A stretch of 64,000 nucleotides of DNA. Source: an uncultured Kiloniella sp. GTDB lineage: Bacteria > Pseudomonadota > Alphaproteobacteria > Kiloniellales > Kiloniellaceae. The notes under the pieces are model-generated. The model saw only the letters and a program-made list of their open reading frames with translations. It was not told the origin of the DNA and ran no database searches. Positions within the stretch are counted from its first letter, which is position 1, and each line of letters begins with the position of its first letter. The position numbers and the translations under genes were made by a program. Below, one piece after another: positions 1 to 10,944 of the stretch. The stretch covers positions 1,906-65,905 of the forward strand of contig NZ_CAKZMP010000156.1 of assembly GCF_937128705.1 (NCBI RefSeq), given 5' to 3'.

Positions 1-82
1 ATATAGGGCCAGAGCAGGTAAAAACCACCTCTAAAGATGCTTTTCTATAAACTTTCCTTAAAACGGAAAATCCAGAAAAGGT

Positions 83-466
83 TTAATCTTTAGATTTCTT
101 GTCTTTTTTGTCTTTGTCTTTATCGTCGTTAGCAGACTTATCAGCAGGCTCTGTCTTGCTGACAACACTTGCGATCGTGCTCTGGATAACAGTGATACGA
201 ACGTTTTCAGCAATATCCACCTGAACTTCGCCACCGTCTTTTACTTTTGCAACGGTTCCAATAACACCACCAGCTGTGACGACTTTATCGCCACGACGAA
301 TAGCATCAATCATCGCTTTTTGCTGTTTCATCTTCTTGCTTTGCGGGCGAATAATCAGAAAATAAAAAACCGCAAAAATCAAAACGAGTGGGAATAGTGT
401 CGCAAACAATTCACTCGACGAACCAGCACCACCAGCTGCCTGGGCATAGGCTGTGGAAATCAACAT
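83..466 (-). CDS. yajC: Preprotein translocase subunit YajC
   Basis: Single TM segment followed by FYFLIIRPQ and IRRGDKVVTAGGVIGTV motifs; ATG at 466 with GGAGGG RBS (ORF track begins at 478). Confidence 0.95.
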   Translation of the reverse strand: MLISTAYAQAAGGAGSSSELFATLFPLVLIFAVFYFLIIRPQSKKMKQQKAMIDAIRRGDKVVTAGGVIGTVAKVKDGGEVQVDIAENVRITVIQSTIASVVSKTEPADKSANDDKDKDKKDKKSKD

Positions 467-604
467 TAATCCCTCCAAAACTAAAGAACTTGGAATCGGT
501 TGCTAAGCAACCCCCAAAAAAAATTACCCGCGGACTATAACTGTCTGGCCCGGAAATGCAAACGAACAGAAAAACAAAGAAAACATCCCGGAATGACAGA
601 GCAT

Positions 605-633
605 TTGACTGACTTAGGCCCGCCCGCTAGGGT
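605..633 (+). promoter_or_regulatory. Putative sigma70 promoter of the DUF815 gene
   Basis: TTGACT-N17-TAGGGT, 44 nt upstream of the ATG at 678. Confidence 0.4.
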
Positions 634-677
634 TCGAAAAATGATCGACCGACAGGCTTAGCGCCGGAGTAGTATAA

Positions 678-1550
678 ATGACTGATTCTAAAGACTTATA
701 CCCTTTACTTGAACGTATTGCTTCGGCACTGGAAAAACTATCTCCACAACAAGAAAGTGCGCCTGATCTTTCCCAGGCAGATGCCTATGTATGGCAGACC
801 GAACCTGATGTTCTGGAAGCTGTTGAAGATGTGAATCGGGTTGATTTTGATCTTCTCAAAGGAATTGATCGGCAAAGAGAATCTCTTTTGAACAATACCC
901 TGCGTTTTGTAGAGGGGTATCCAGCAAATAATGCGTTGTTATGGGGTGCAAGAGGTACCGGGAAAAGTTCGATTGTCAAAGCCGTTCATGACAAGGTGAA
1001 TTCACTCGCGGAAGAAAATAATTTCAACAAAGTAACCCTTGTCGAAATACACCGTGAAGATATCCCGTCCCTCCCTCGGCTTTTAAAGATTTTAAAAACA
1101 TCAGAACGCCCTTGTATTCTTTTCTGTGATGATCTGAGCTTTGACACTCAGGACGATACATACAAATCACTTAAGGCTGTTCTGGAAGGCGGTATTGAAG
1201 GGCGTCCGAAAAATGTGCTTTTCTATGCAACATCAAATCGTCGACATCTCATGGCCCGAGATATGATTGAAAACGAACGGTCATCAGCCATCCACACCTC
1301 AGAGGCAACAGAAGAAAACGTCAGCCTGTCCGATCGTTTTGGCTTGTGGCTTGGTTTCCATAATTGTGATCAGGACACCTTCTTTGCCATGATCGAAGGC
1401 TACGTGGAAAAGTACGGCATAAAAATAGATCGTGATGCTTTACATGCCGAAGCGCGTGAATGGTCTGTTACCCGGGGATCCCGTTCTGGTCGTGTTGCCT
1501 GGCAGTTTATACAGGACCTTGCCGGACGTATGTCCATCAAAATTCCATAG
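678..1550 (+). CDS. DUF815 family AAA+ ATP-binding protein
   Basis: Walker A GARGTGKSS, Walker B ILFCDDLSF, YATSNRRHL and SLSDRFGLWLGF motifs; divergent from yajC as in other alphaproteobacteria. Confidence 0.88.
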   Translation: MTDSKDLYPLLERIASALEKLSPQQESAPDLSQADAYVWQTEPDVLEAVEDVNRVDFDLLKGIDRQRESLLNNTLRFVEGYPANNALLWGARGTGKSSIVKAVHDKVNSLAEENNFNKVTLVEIHREDIPSLPRLLKILKTSERPCILFCDDLSFDTQDDTYKSLKAVLEGGIEGRPKNVLFYATSNRRHLMARDMIENERSSAIHTSEATEENVSLSDRFGLWLGFHNCDQDTFFAMIEGYVEKYGIKIDRDALHAEAREWSVTRGSRSGRVAWQFIQDLAGRMSIKIP

Positions 1551-1635
1551 GCATGATATACCCATAGGAATAATCCCCATATACATGATACAACACGCCT
1601 CTAACCCAAGCATGAAATAAGGCACAGAAACAGGT

Positions 1636-2841
1636 TTAGTTCGTTAGCAACTTGTTGGGATTAACAGCTTCAGAGCCTTTGCGAATTTCAAAGTGAAGCT
1701 GAGGTTTGGAAACATTTCCTGTACTGCCAACTCTGGCAATATCCTGCCCTCTCTTCACGCGTTGGCCGCGTCCAACGAGTAATTGATCAGTATGGGCATA
1801 GGCTGTTACCCATCCATCAGAATGCTTGATCAGTAGCATTTGGCCAAAGCCTTTCAACTCACTCCCCGCATAAACAACGACGCCATTTTCAGCTGCTTTT
1901 ACAGACGTTCCTCTACGTGCAGCAATATTAATACCATCATTATGTATTCCGCCTTCTTTAGCACCAAAGGAAGAAATCACCTTTCCCTTAACTGGTCGTA
2001 AGAAATTGCTGAATGATCGGGGTAACGGCTTGGGAACCGGGCCGGTGAAGTTTTTAGGACTGGCAGGAATAGCGCTTCGAACAGGTGTTTTAGTCGAGGT
2101 CTTCGGAACTGCCGACGTAATATTTGGTGTATTGGTCGAAGGTGAAACACTTGCTGAACGTACCACATTATCTTGCCGTAATGCAGGAAGGTTCAAACGC
2201 TGCCCAACATACAGAGCATAAGGTGGATTGATTTTGTTAATCTTCACCAATGCTGTGGTTTCAACACCATACCGACGTGATATGCTGTAAAGCGTATCCC
2301 CGGCAATCACAACATGCTCTTTCGAAACCGGTAGCTTGATAGCCTGTCCAACCAATAGCTTATAAGGCGGGGACAAACGGTTCAGAATAATAAGTTCACG
2401 AATAGAAACCCGGCGTTTACGAGATATAGAATAGACCGTATCACCACGATTTACAGTGTATTGAGTGCTAGAAATTTCTGTCTGATTATTTACAGGTTGC
2501 GAAGTCGCTCTCGCTTGTTTTTGGATCACAGTCGTTGAACTGCTTTGCCTTACCTGCCTTCTCGGGTTTCTTTTGGGCAGAGGAATATTTTCAGGTAGCA
2601 ACGCCGGAATTGAAACACCTGCAACACGACCAGTCGTCTGCCCCGCTGTTGAAGGACGCGACGGCGGTGTTGGTTTTCTCTTGGGCAAAATTGACGGTGG
2701 ATAACTATAAACCGTCTGAGTTGGTGTTGATTTTTGTGTCGTTGTCGGAAAGGACGACGGATTGATCGTGCACCCGTACAGCCCTGCGCTTAACAGTAAA
2801 AATCCTAGTTTCAAAGTTGGTAAGCTGGTCCGATTAAACAT
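1636..2841 (-). CDS. nlpD: LysM-M23 lipoprotein (NlpD/DipM-like peptidoglycan hydrolase or activator)
   Basis: Lipoprotein signal ending LYGC, two LysM repeats (YTVNRGDTVYSIS, HVVIAGDTLYSIS), C-terminal M23 domain (HNDGINI, AYAH, QLHFEIR); downstream of pcm-surE. Confidence 0.9.
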   Translation of the reverse strand: MFNRTSLPTLKLGFLLLSAGLYGCTINPSSFPTTTQKSTPTQTVYSYPPSILPKRKPTPPSRPSTAGQTTGRVAGVSIPALLPENIPLPKRNPRRQVRQSSSTTVIQKQARATSQPVNNQTEISSTQYTVNRGDTVYSISRKRRVSIRELIILNRLSPPYKLLVGQAIKLPVSKEHVVIAGDTLYSISRRYGVETTALVKINKINPPYALYVGQRLNLPALRQDNVVRSASVSPSTNTPNITSAVPKTSTKTPVRSAIPASPKNFTGPVPKPLPRSFSNFLRPVKGKVISSFGAKEGGIHNDGINIAARRGTSVKAAENGVVVYAGSELKGFGQMLLIKHSDGWVTAYAHTDQLLVGRGQRVKRGQDIARVGSTGNVSKPQLHFEIRKGSEAVNPNKLLTN

Positions 2842-2887
2842 CAAATTAGTTACGAGCGTATTCCTGTACTAAAACCACCAAAGCCAA

Positions 2888-3529
2888 TTAATTGCCTTTT
2901 GGCATCCCGTGAACAAGAGGCACAAACCGTACCTCACCAAGGTTCTCATGATCAAACCCGTTTTCTGTCCGCGTAATCCTGATCAATTCCTGATTATTAC
3001 CTTGTGACCCCAACGGTAAAACCAGAATACCACCTATTGCCAGTTGCTCAAGCAGAGCTTCGGGAATTTCCTTTGGCGCGGCTGTGATAATTATGCGTTC
3101 AAACGGGGCTTGTTCTTTCCAACCCTTGTAACCATCACCCAACTTTGTGGTCACATTATGAAGACGCAGGTTTGTAAAACGTTCTTCTGCCTCCCCCAAT
3201 AGCTCACGATAGCGTTCGATCGTATAAACACGCCGACATAAACGTGACAAAATGGAAGCTTGATATCCAGATCCTGTACCAACCTCGAGAATCTTCATTC
3301 TTTTCGTTACGGAAAGAGCCTGTGTCATCATGGCGACGACTTGTGGTTGGCTCAGCGTTTGCCCTCTGCCAATTGGAAGTGCCATATTTTCATAGGACTG
3401 ATCCTGAAAAGGCCCGGGGACAAAAGCTTCTCTTGGAATACGCTCAATCGCGGAAAGGACGCCGGTATCAGAAATACCGCCGCGTCTCAATTCCATAATA
3501 AGTCTGATTTTGCGTGCTTCAAGACTCAT
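2888..3529 (-). CDS. pcm: Protein-L-isoaspartate O-methyltransferase
   Basis: LEVGTGSGYQ SAM-binding motif, APFERIIITAA, VRFVPL; surE-pcm-nlpD synteny. Confidence 0.95.
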   Translation of the reverse strand: MSLEARKIRLIMELRRGGISDTGVLSAIERIPREAFVPGPFQDQSYENMALPIGRGQTLSQPQVVAMMTQALSVTKRMKILEVGTGSGYQASILSRLCRRVYTIERYRELLGEAEERFTNLRLHNVTTKLGDGYKGWKEQAPFERIIITAAPKEIPEALLEQLAIGGILVLPLGSQGNNQELIRITRTENGFDHENLGEVRFVPLVHGMPKGN

Positions 3530-4314
3530 GGGAACAGAGTTTCCATCTTTGACAACAGACCTTTATCTGTCAGATCGTATTTCAAAGGCGTAACTGTAAT
3601 ATACCCCTCAGCAATCGCTGTCAGATCCGCATTCGGAATAGACGTGTGGTGACTGACAAACTGACCAACCCACAAATAAGGCCGGCCACTGGGGTCATTT
3701 CCTTCGACAACGGTTGTTCCCTCATCCCGATGCCCTTGGGCACAGACCTTGATGCCTTTGACTTTATCAGCGGGAATTCCCGGGAAGTTCACATTGAATA
3801 GCAGATTTCCAGGTTCATCCCACGTTGCGAGCTTGGTAATAACTTCAGGCGCAAACCTTGTAACGGTATCCCAATGAAAAAGACTTTCGTCCTTATCATC
3901 CGGCCTTAGACTAAGGGCAATGGACCGCGCGCCAAGAATGGCCCCCTCCATTGCCGCAGCCACCGTGCCGGAATAGATAACATCTTCACCCAGATTTGCC
4001 CCGACGTTCACCCCAGACAACACGATATCGGGTACCTTATCAGCCATTAGATACTTCATGGCCATCAGAACACAATCTGTTGGCGTGCCATCAATAGAGT
4101 AACGCTTGTCATCAAGCTTGCGTTCCCGCAAAGGGCGTCTCAAAGTAAGAGAATGACTGCTGGCCGACTGTTCAGATTCTGGCGCGACAACCCAGACGTC
4201 ATCGGATAATTGGCGGGATATTTCTTCTAAAACAGATAATCCTTTGGCGTGGATACCGTCATCGTTTGATAACAGTATCCGCGCATTTGTAAGGCTCTGT
4301 ATCGTCTTAGTCAT
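3526..4314 (-). CDS. surE: 5'/3'-nucleotidase SurE
   Basis: [37 protein letters not shown] motifs. Confidence 0.97.
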   Translation of the reverse strand: MTKTIQSLTNARILLSNDDGIHAKGLSVLEEISRQLSDDVWVVAPESEQSASSHSLTLRRPLRERKLDDKRYSIDGTPTDCVLMAMKYLMADKVPDIVLSGVNVGANLGEDVIYSGTVAAAMEGAILGARSIALSLRPDDKDESLFHWDTVTRFAPEVITKLATWDEPGNLLFNVNFPGIPADKVKGIKVCAQGHRDEGTTVVEGNDPSGRPYLWVGQFVSHHTSIPNADLTAIAEGYITVTPLKYDLTDKGLLSKMETLFP

Positions 4315-5584
4315 TCAGGAGGATACTTTCTTTGCCCCCCATGTATGGTCTAAGCACCTCGGGTACAGTAACGGAGCCATCAGCTTGCTGATAGTTTTCC
4401 ATAACGGCAATGAGACAGCGCCCAACTGCAACACCAGAGCCATTCAAAGTGTGTACAAAAGCAGGTTTCTTCGTTTCAGTAGATCTGAAACGCCCGTTCA
4501 TACGACGCGCCTGGAAATCACCACAGGTAGAACAGCTAGAAATTTCACGGTATGCATCCTGACCGGGCAACCAAACTTCGATATCATAAGTCTTACGCGC
4601 ACCAAAGCCCATGTCACCTGTGCAAAGAACCACAACGCGATAATGCAGCCCCAGTTTCTTCAACACATCTTCCGCGCAACTTGTCATACGCTCGAGCTCA
4701 TCATCGGATTTATCCGGGTGAACAACAGAAACCATTTCCACCTTATCAAACTGATGTTGGCGCAGCATACCACGAGTATCACGCCCGGCAGAGCCAGCCT
4801 CGGAACGGAAACAAGGGGTCAAAGCAGTCATTCGCTTTGGCAACTCATCTTCCTTGAGGATCTCGCCAGCAACCGTATTCGTCAATGGCACTTCAGCTGT
4901 TGGAATAAGCCAGAAACCTTCTTCAGTCTTGAAAGAATCTTCTGCAAATTTTGGGAGCTGACCCGTACCATACATCACGTGATCACGCACAAGAACTGGT
5001 GGTATCACTTCGGTATAGCCGTGTTCATCGATATGCATATCAATCATGAACTGTGACAAAGCACGGTAAAGACGAGCCACACTTCCTTTAAGAACAACAA
5101 ATCGGGATCCAGAAAGCTTCGCCGCCAGCTCAAAGTCCATTTCGCCCAGCTCTTCGCCCAGCTCAAAATGCTGCTTTGCGTCAAAGCCCAGCTCAGGTTT
5201 GTCACCAACAGTGCGCACAAGAACATTATCGTCCTCGTCTTCACCAACAGGAACATCATCGTTTGGTCGGTTGGGAATACCGGCAAGGATTGTCTTAATC
5301 TGGTTACCAAGATCAGATTCGGCAGTCTCTTTTTCAGACATACCTTCTTTGATACCCGCGACCTCTGCCATTAGATCCGATGCATCTTCGCCATTGCGCT
5401 TGGCAATACCAATCTGTTTTGATGCTTCGTTACGGCGCGCTTGCATTTCTTGTAGCTCAGCCTGAAGCGCACGATGCTGTTTGTCCAGATCCAGAATCTG
5501 GGCAGACATTGGTTCCATATTACGGCGCTTAAGCCCTTCGTCAAAAACTTCAGGGGTTTCACGGATCAACTTTAGGTCATACAT
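4307..5584 (-). CDS. serS: Serine--tRNA ligase
   Basis: N-terminal coiled coil, [40 protein letters not shown]; likely ATG at 5584 (ORF track begins at 5623). Confidence 0.98.
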   Translation of the reverse strand: MYDLKLIRETPEVFDEGLKRRNMEPMSAQILDLDKQHRALQAELQEMQARRNEASKQIGIAKRNGEDASDLMAEVAGIKEGMSEKETAESDLGNQIKTILAGIPNRPNDDVPVGEDEDDNVLVRTVGDKPELGFDAKQHFELGEELGEMDFELAAKLSGSRFVVLKGSVARLYRALSQFMIDMHIDEHGYTEVIPPVLVRDHVMYGTGQLPKFAEDSFKTEEGFWLIPTAEVPLTNTVAGEILKEDELPKRMTALTPCFRSEAGSAGRDTRGMLRQHQFDKVEMVSVVHPDKSDDELERMTSCAEDVLKKLGLHYRVVVLCTGDMGFGARKTYDIEVWLPGQDAYREISSCSTCGDFQARRMNGRFRSTETKKPAFVHTLNGSGVAVGRCLIAVMENYQQADGSVTVPEVLRPYMGGKESILLND

Positions 5585-5731
5585 AGGTATCTCTGTCCTT
5601 GTACTGAGAGAGACAAAATTCAATTAAAACGATATACTTATCAACAGAGTATACTCAACGCTGAGATAAGCAAAATCTCGATGCAAAGGCCTTAAAGGGT
5701 TCGGTATCAACTGTGTAGCGAATGGACGACC

Positions 5732-6541
5732 TTAGTCAGGGGTTACGTCAGTCGACTCAGCTTCTTCTTCCTCGGCACGTTTGCGTTCTACCATTTTGGC
5801 CATCAGGATCGACACTTCGTAAAGAAGTACAATCGGAATAGCCAAGGCCAACTGGCTCAATGGATCTGGCGGGGTAAATATTGCAGCAACAATAAAGACA
5901 CCAACAATCGCATATTTACGCTTTTCCGCCATCCCTTTCGACGATGCAATGCCGACTTTTGCCAACAATGTCATCAAGACGGGTAGCTGAAAACAGAGAC
6001 CAAAAGCAAATATCAACTTCATCATCAGCGAGAAGTATTCATTAACTTTGGCTTCCAGCTCAATAGCAATTGAGCTGTCAGTACCTTCAACCTGAAACGC
6101 AAGAAAGAACTCTGCGGCAAGCGGGAAGATCACAAAATAAACCAAAGCCCCACCGACAAAAAACAAAATCGGCGACGCGATCAAAAACGGTGCAAAGGCA
6201 GATTTCTCGTTTTTGTATAAACCCGGCGCAACAAACAACCAGATCTGAGACAGAAAGATTGGACAGCTGATGAAAGCCCCAAAAAAGAACGCGACTTTCA
6301 CATAGGTAAAAAAGACCTCTGTCAAATCAGTAAAGATCAATCGTTGCTGACGATCACTGACCGAATTTTCGCGCATCACTTCTGCCAAAGGGGCAGCAAG
6401 ATATTCAAAAAGCTGTTCAGCAAAAGCAAAACAGGCCAAAAAAGCGACCAACAGAGTGACGACACTCCATAATAATCGCTTTCTGAGTTCAATCAGATGC
6501 TCCAGTAATGGCATCTTCTGTTCTTCGGTTGTATCACTCAC
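5732..6541 (-). CDS. tatC: Twin-arginine translocase subunit TatC
   Basis: MPLLEHLIELRKRL, six TM segments, FTPPDPLSQ. Confidence 0.97.
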   Translation of the reverse strand: MSDTTEEQKMPLLEHLIELRKRLLWSVVTLLVAFLACFAFAEQLFEYLAAPLAEVMRENSVSDRQQRLIFTDLTEVFFTYVKVAFFFGAFISCPIFLSQIWLFVAPGLYKNEKSAFAPFLIASPILFFVGGALVYFVIFPLAAEFFLAFQVEGTDSSIAIELEAKVNEYFSLMMKLIFAFGLCFQLPVLMTLLAKVGIASSKGMAEKRKYAIVGVFIVAAIFTPPDPLSQLALAIPIVLLYEVSILMAKMVERKRAEEEEAESTDVTPD

Positions 6542-6544
6542 TAC

Positions 6545-7006
6545 TTAGCTGCTTTTTGAAGAAGTTGTATTATCTACCTGAACTGCTTCAGATTGAACTG
6601 TCTCTGGAGCTTTCTCAGGTTCTGTTTTTGTCGAAGATGTATCCGCAAGCGGCTTTTGAACAGAAGCAAAGGGATTATGATCTTCTTTGTCTTCTTTTGT
6701 TATCGCTTCGACACCATCTTTGACTTCTTGTGACGTCTTGGTCAGCGCCTGTGTGGGATCAATAACATCTTCAACCGTTTTACGGATTGATTCGCTATTG
6801 GCCCCCTCCAGCGCTTTTCGTGCATCCTGAAGATCAGACTCACGAATGACGTCATCAACACCGGATTGGAATTCCCGGGCAAGTCCCTTGGCCTTACGCA
6901 CCCATTTAGAGACGGTACGAAGGGTATTCGGCAGCTCTTTAGGCCCCATTATCAAAAGGGTAAGAACTGCAACGACCATCATTTCCGACCAACCGATGTC
7001 GAACAT
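6545..7006 (-). CDS. tatB: Twin-arginine translocase subunit TatB
   Basis: MFDIGWSEMMVVAVLTLLIMGPKELP N-terminus; between tatA and tatC. Confidence 0.95.
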   Translation of the reverse strand: MFDIGWSEMMVVAVLTLLIMGPKELPNTLRTVSKWVRKAKGLAREFQSGVDDVIRESDLQDARKALEGANSESIRKTVEDVIDPTQALTKTSQEVKDGVEAITKEDKEDHNPFASVQKPLADTSSTKTEPEKAPETVQSEAVQVDNTTSSKSS

Positions 7007-7084
7007 TGGCTACTGCTCCTTAGGAATTACGGATCCCTGAACACACCCAAACACAAATACAAATCAATCCTGAATAAGGCTGAC

Positions 7085-7294
7085 TTATGCTTTATCTTTG
7101 TCTTCAGAGATTGTTTTGCTTTCTTCCTGATCAGAAGCAGCCGTATCTTTATTCTCTTCTTTTAGGCCCTTTTTAAAGGCTTTAATGCCTGAACCTGCAT
7201 CGCCCATAAGTTTGCTGAGCTTTCCGCCCCCACCAAAGAGAACCAAAACAACAACTAAAACAATCAGCCAATGCCAAATGCTGAACGCACCCAT
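7085..7294 (-). CDS. tatA: Twin-arginine translocase subunit TatA
   Basis: [43 protein letters not shown]; ATG at 7294 with AGGAGAG RBS (ORF track extension to 7438 is not credible). Confidence 0.95.
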   Translation of the reverse strand: MGAFSIWHWLIVLVVVLVLFGGGGKLSKLMGDAGSGIKAFKKGLKEENKDTAASDQEESKTISEDKDKA

Positions 7295-7409
7295 TACTCT
7301 CTCCTTAGAGACAATTACCTTTAATCTGTAAGGGACTATGGCAAAAAGAAAAGGCGCAAGCAACGATTCATACGTCAGAGCACCGAGTGTTTTACATGTG
7401 TTGAGTTTT

Positions 7410-8471
7410 TCAGTCAGGCGTCTTTGCTGAAAAGACAAAGGTCAGGCGCTTATCCAATTCGAGAACACAGTCATTACCTGTTACCGGAATCGTGTGATTA
7501 TCCAGACGAGCTTTTACATAAAGGTCATCAGCTAACCCATTGGAAATTTTAAAATCTACTAAGTTTGATTTTCCAAGCATTCGCGATTTTAGGACACTGG
7601 CTTCAACACCTGTACCATTCACTTTTTTGCCCAAAACAATCCCTTCGTGACGCACCAGCACATCCACAGCAGTTCCATGACGAAGATCAGGAACTTCGAT
7701 CGCACCAAAAGGTGTGGCAACGTGTCCGTCATGACAAATCCCTTTAAATTCGTTCACTTCCCCAAAGAAGTGCGCAACAAAGGCATTCGCCGGATTACTG
7801 TAAAGTTCATTCGGCGGTGCAAACTGAATAATCTGCCCCTTGTTCATAATGGCAACCCGATCCCCCATATACATGGCTTCTTCTGGATCGTGGGTCACCA
7901 TCAAGGTGGCAATGTTATTTTCTTTGAGTACCCTCAGTGTTTCTTCGCGTACCTGATTTCTAAGCCTGACATCAAGACCAGAAAAAGGTTCATCCAATAA
8001 AACAAGCTTGGGGCGCGGGGCAATTGCTCTGGCCAAGGCGACACGCTGTTGCTGCCCACCAGACAAGGTGTGTGGGTATGCATGAAGGTAATCAGCCATA
8101 CCAACTTGCGCCAACGTCTCAAGAACACGTTCTTTACGTTCTCGACCAGAAAGATGCTTTAAACCAAATTCAATGTTCTTGGATACATCCAAATGCGGGA
8201 AAAGAGCATAATCCTGAAAAACAAGACCGACGCTTCTTTTTTCTGGCGGCAAATCGACTTTATCATCCGCAACAATGGTTTTATCCATTGTGATTTTACC
8301 GGACTGTAAGGTTTCCAATCCGGCTGCCAATCGCAAAATTGTCGTCTTGCCACACCCAGACGGTCCCAACAGGCATACGAACTCCCCAGCATTAATCGAC
8401 AGATTAACATTGTTCACAGCTGGAAGGATGCCAAAATTATGGCTAACATTCTCTAAACAGAGGGCCGACAT
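7410..8471 (-). CDS. ABC transporter ATP-binding protein (FbpC/PotA-like)
   Basis: Walker [11 protein letters not shown]-loop [11 protein letters not shown], signature [13 protein letters not shown], Walker B LLDEPF, VTHD switch; TOBE-like C-terminus. Confidence 0.9.
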   Translation of the reverse strand: MSALCLENVSHNFGILPAVNNVNLSINAGEFVCLLGPSGCGKTTILRLAAGLETLQSGKITMDKTIVADDKVDLPPEKRSVGLVFQDYALFPHLDVSKNIEFGLKHLSGRERKERVLETLAQVGMADYLHAYPHTLSGGQQQRVALARAIAPRPKLVLLDEPFSGLDVRLRNQVREETLRVLKENNIATLMVTHDPEEAMYMGDRVAIMNKGQIIQFAPPNELYSNPANAFVAHFFGEVNEFKGICHDGHVATPFGAIEVPDLRHGTAVDVLVRHEGIVLGKKVNGTGVEASVLKSRMLGKSNLVDFKISNGLADDLYVKARLDNHTIPVTGNDCVLELDKRLTFVFSAKTPD

Positions 8472-8527
8472 TTAGTAACCGTCTAAATTTAATACAATCT
8501 TTGCAGCAACCTCGCAGAACTGCAGTT

Positions 8528-8583
8528 AAAAATCAATATCAACTGACATCATAATCCAAAATGTCGCAGTAAGTTGATTGATT
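8528..8583 (-). terminator. Imperfect hairpin plus U-run downstream of scpB
   Basis: Arms aatcaa-tcaact-gacat / atgtc-agttga-ttgatt with bulges, followed by TTTTT on the minus strand. Confidence 0.3.
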
Positions 8584-8604
8584 TCTTTCTTTTAAAGGTA
8601 ATTT

Positions 8605-9312
8605 TTAAACAGGAAGTGAAGATTGTTCGCTTTCTTCATCGGTCAAATCTTCGCCAAACTCACTGCTCAAGCGGTCATCTTCTTCTTCTGCCCCGCCCCC
8701 TTCTGCATCTATGGTTTCCAAGTCAACACCATCTCCGGATACCGATAATAGATCGCCATGATCACCAAGGGCCGTAATCGCAGGTCTTGCATCAAGTAAT
8801 CCAGCGACTTTCAATTCATCAAAGCCCGGAAGATCATCCAGGCTTTCCAAGGCAAAGTTATCCAAAAAAGTTTGACTGGTCGCCCAAGTTACCGGACGTC
8901 CCGGGGTTCGCCGCCGCCCCTTTGGTTTGACCCATCCAATTTCCAAAAGCGTATCCAGCGTGCCCTTGGATAAACTAACGCCGCGGATTTCTTCTATTTC
9001 TGCCCTAGTAACTGGTTGGTGATATGCAATGATTGCCAACGTTTCGACACCCGCCCGCGTCAACTGTTTTGACTGGCTTTGTTCAACTCTCAACAAAGGC
9101 GCCATATCAGGTGCCGTGCGAAAAGCCCATCTGTCTTCAACTTTTATAAGATTAACACCGCGATTCTCATAATAGGATTTCAACTCCTCCAGAAGAGGTT
9201 TCAAATCTCTGTCTTTCTGGAAATGTCTAGAAAGCTGTTCAATGGATAGCGGCTCCGTAGATGCAAAGAGCAACGCTTCCAAAAGTCGAAGATCATCAAA
9301 GCGTGTTTCCAT
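8605..9312 (-). CDS. scpB: SMC-Scp complex subunit ScpB
   Basis: LEALLFAS, ETLAIIAYHQPVTRAEIEEIRGV, PGRPVTWAT, FLDNFALESLDDLP. Confidence 0.96.
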   Translation of the reverse strand: METRFDDLRLLEALLFASTEPLSIEQLSRHFQKDRDLKPLLEELKSYYENRGVNLIKVEDRWAFRTAPDMAPLLRVEQSQSKQLTRAGVETLAIIAYHQPVTRAEIEEIRGVSLSKGTLDTLLEIGWVKPKGRRRTPGRPVTWATSQTFLDNFALESLDDLPGFDELKVAGLLDARPAITALGDHGDLLSVSGDGVDLETIDAEGGGAEEEDDRLSSEFGEDLTDEESEQSSLPV

Positions 9313-9354
9313 CTGTTCCTCCCCTACACCTCATACAAACAATCCTCATCCCCG

Positions 9355-10161
9355 TCACTTTTCAGCTATCCGCGTCGTGCCGTCTTTGATAAATATCGGG
9401 CCATAAATTTCATCTTGCCTGAGATCAATTTGCCCTTCCCGACACATTTCCAAACTGGCTGCAAACAAAGAAACCACTGCCGATCTCGCCAAAATACCGC
9501 GCTCTACCTTAACCGGGAGAAATCGGCTGAGATCCTGCCAGTCAGGAATAGTTCCAAGAAAAGCTGATAGCCGCTTGATCGCGTCATCCACAGAATGAAG
9601 CTCCATATGTTCTATAAGCAGGCTCTTTTCTTCGGTTCGTATCTGGCTGTTTGCATAGGACTTTAACAAATCAAAGAGCGAGACATCATAGCTTGTTTTA
9701 TGAATAACTCCGGTATTTTCCGGCAATCCCCTGGCAAAAAAATCAATTCCCAGCTGTGGACGAGACATCAACGTCTTGCCTGCATCCTGCATCGCTTGCA
9801 AACGCTGTAATTGGAATTTGAGTGCCGCGGCAAGCTCTGCCCCGCTGGGTTCTTCTTCGCCCTCTGGCTCTGGCAAGAGTAACCTTGACTTCAAATAAGC
9901 AAGCCACGCCGCCATGACCAAATAGTCCGCCGCAAGCTCCAGCCTTAATTCATGCGCCTGTTGAATAAAATCTATGTATTGATTCGCCAGCTCAAGAATT
10001 GATATCTGGGTCAGATCAACCTTCTGATCCCGTGCCAACTGCAGCAAAATATCAATCGGTCCCTCAAAGCCATCCAGCTCAAGAACAAGCGGATGCAGGG
10101 CTTTTAACCCCTCCGATTGTTCTGATCTGTCGTCTTCTTCAAAGGGAAGTGTTTCGGACAC
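9355..10161 (-). CDS. scpA: Segregation and condensation protein ScpA
   Basis: LDGFEGPIDILLQLARDQKVD, AADYLVMAAWLAYLKSRLLLP. Confidence 0.96.
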   Translation of the reverse strand: MSETLPFEEDDRSEQSEGLKALHPLVLELDGFEGPIDILLQLARDQKVDLTQISILELANQYIDFIQQAHELRLELAADYLVMAAWLAYLKSRLLLPEPEGEEEPSGAELAAALKFQLQRLQAMQDAGKTLMSRPQLGIDFFARGLPENTGVIHKTSYDVSLFDLLKSYANSQIRTEEKSLLIEHMELHSVDDAIKRLSAFLGTIPDWQDLSRFLPVKVERGILARSAVVSLFAASLEMCREGQIDLRQDEIYGPIFIKDGTTRIAEK

Positions 10162-10177
10162 TGATTTCCTTAAACAG

Positions 10178-10870
10178 CTAAATGATGTTTAGATTTGCAA
10201 TCGCTTGAAAGAAAGGAAGCATAGCATGAATGGATTTAATTATCACATAACTGATTAAATTCAGATCCATGCCAATTTGACGGCCAATCATCGGAAGAAC
10301 AAAAATCAAGCCGATAAGAATAATCATGCCGTACTTTTCCAAACGTGAAAAAGGAATGGCTAATGAGGTTGGCAGAAGGCCTGTCAACACGCGACCGCCA
10401 TCTAACGGCGGTATAGGCAGCATATTAAACACTGCCAGCATCAAATTAATCTTGATCGCATTTTCCAGATTTTGCCCGACCCAATCAGAAGCGATATCAG
10501 GCACCAGCCCAAATACGGCAAAACCGAATGCAGCAATCAGTGCAATAAGAATATTTGATGCAGGCCCAGCCAAAGCAACAAAGATCATATCTCTTTTGGG
10601 GTTGTTTAACCGACCAAAAACAACTGGTACAGGCTTAGCCCACCCCAAAACGAACGGAGAACCAATAAAGATCAGCATACTTGGAAGCAATATCGTGCCA
10701 AACGGATCGATATGTTTCGCAGGGTTCAAGCTGACGCGCCCGAGTTTTGATGCAGTATCATCTCCGAGCAGGCGGGCGGCATAGGCATGAGCCGCTTCAT
10801 GGAGAGTAACTGCTAACAGCACAGGTAAAACCCAAACTGATGCACCTAAAAGAAACTCGTTAATATCCAT
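10178..10870 (-). CDS. Site-2 protease family (M50) membrane metalloprotease
   Basis: HEAAH zinc motif, VALAGPASN, FNMLPIPPLDGG. Confidence 0.92.
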   Translation of the reverse strand: MDINEFLLGASVWVLPVLLAVTLHEAAHAYAARLLGDDTASKLGRVSLNPAKHIDPFGTILLPSMLIFIGSPFVLGWAKPVPVVFGRLNNPKRDMIFVALAGPASNILIALIAAFGFAVFGLVPDIASDWVGQNLENAIKINLMLAVFNMLPIPPLDGGRVLTGLLPTSLAIPFSRLEKYGMIILIGLIFVLPMIGRQIGMDLNLISYVIIKSIHAMLPFFQAIANLNII

Positions 10871-10944
10871 GAAATGAAAAACCTGTGTTTTAGAAATGAA
10901 AAGCTCTGAAATTCAGAACCAATGACTTATAGCCAATAAAGTGA

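Noticed and set aside
4244-5056. 270-aa ORF antisense to serS, and similar shadow ORFs (48737-49297, 25738-26304, 14334-14825, 46686-47192)
   Set aside because: They lie wholly opposite well-conserved genes, show no recognisable motifs, and are explained by codon bias of the sense gene
7295-7438. N-terminal extensions in the ORF track for tatA (also serS, valS, rpsB, alaX, pyrH, Rap1a)
   Set aside because: Downstream starts match family N-termini, and several have clear RBSs; the extensions are longest-ORF artefacts
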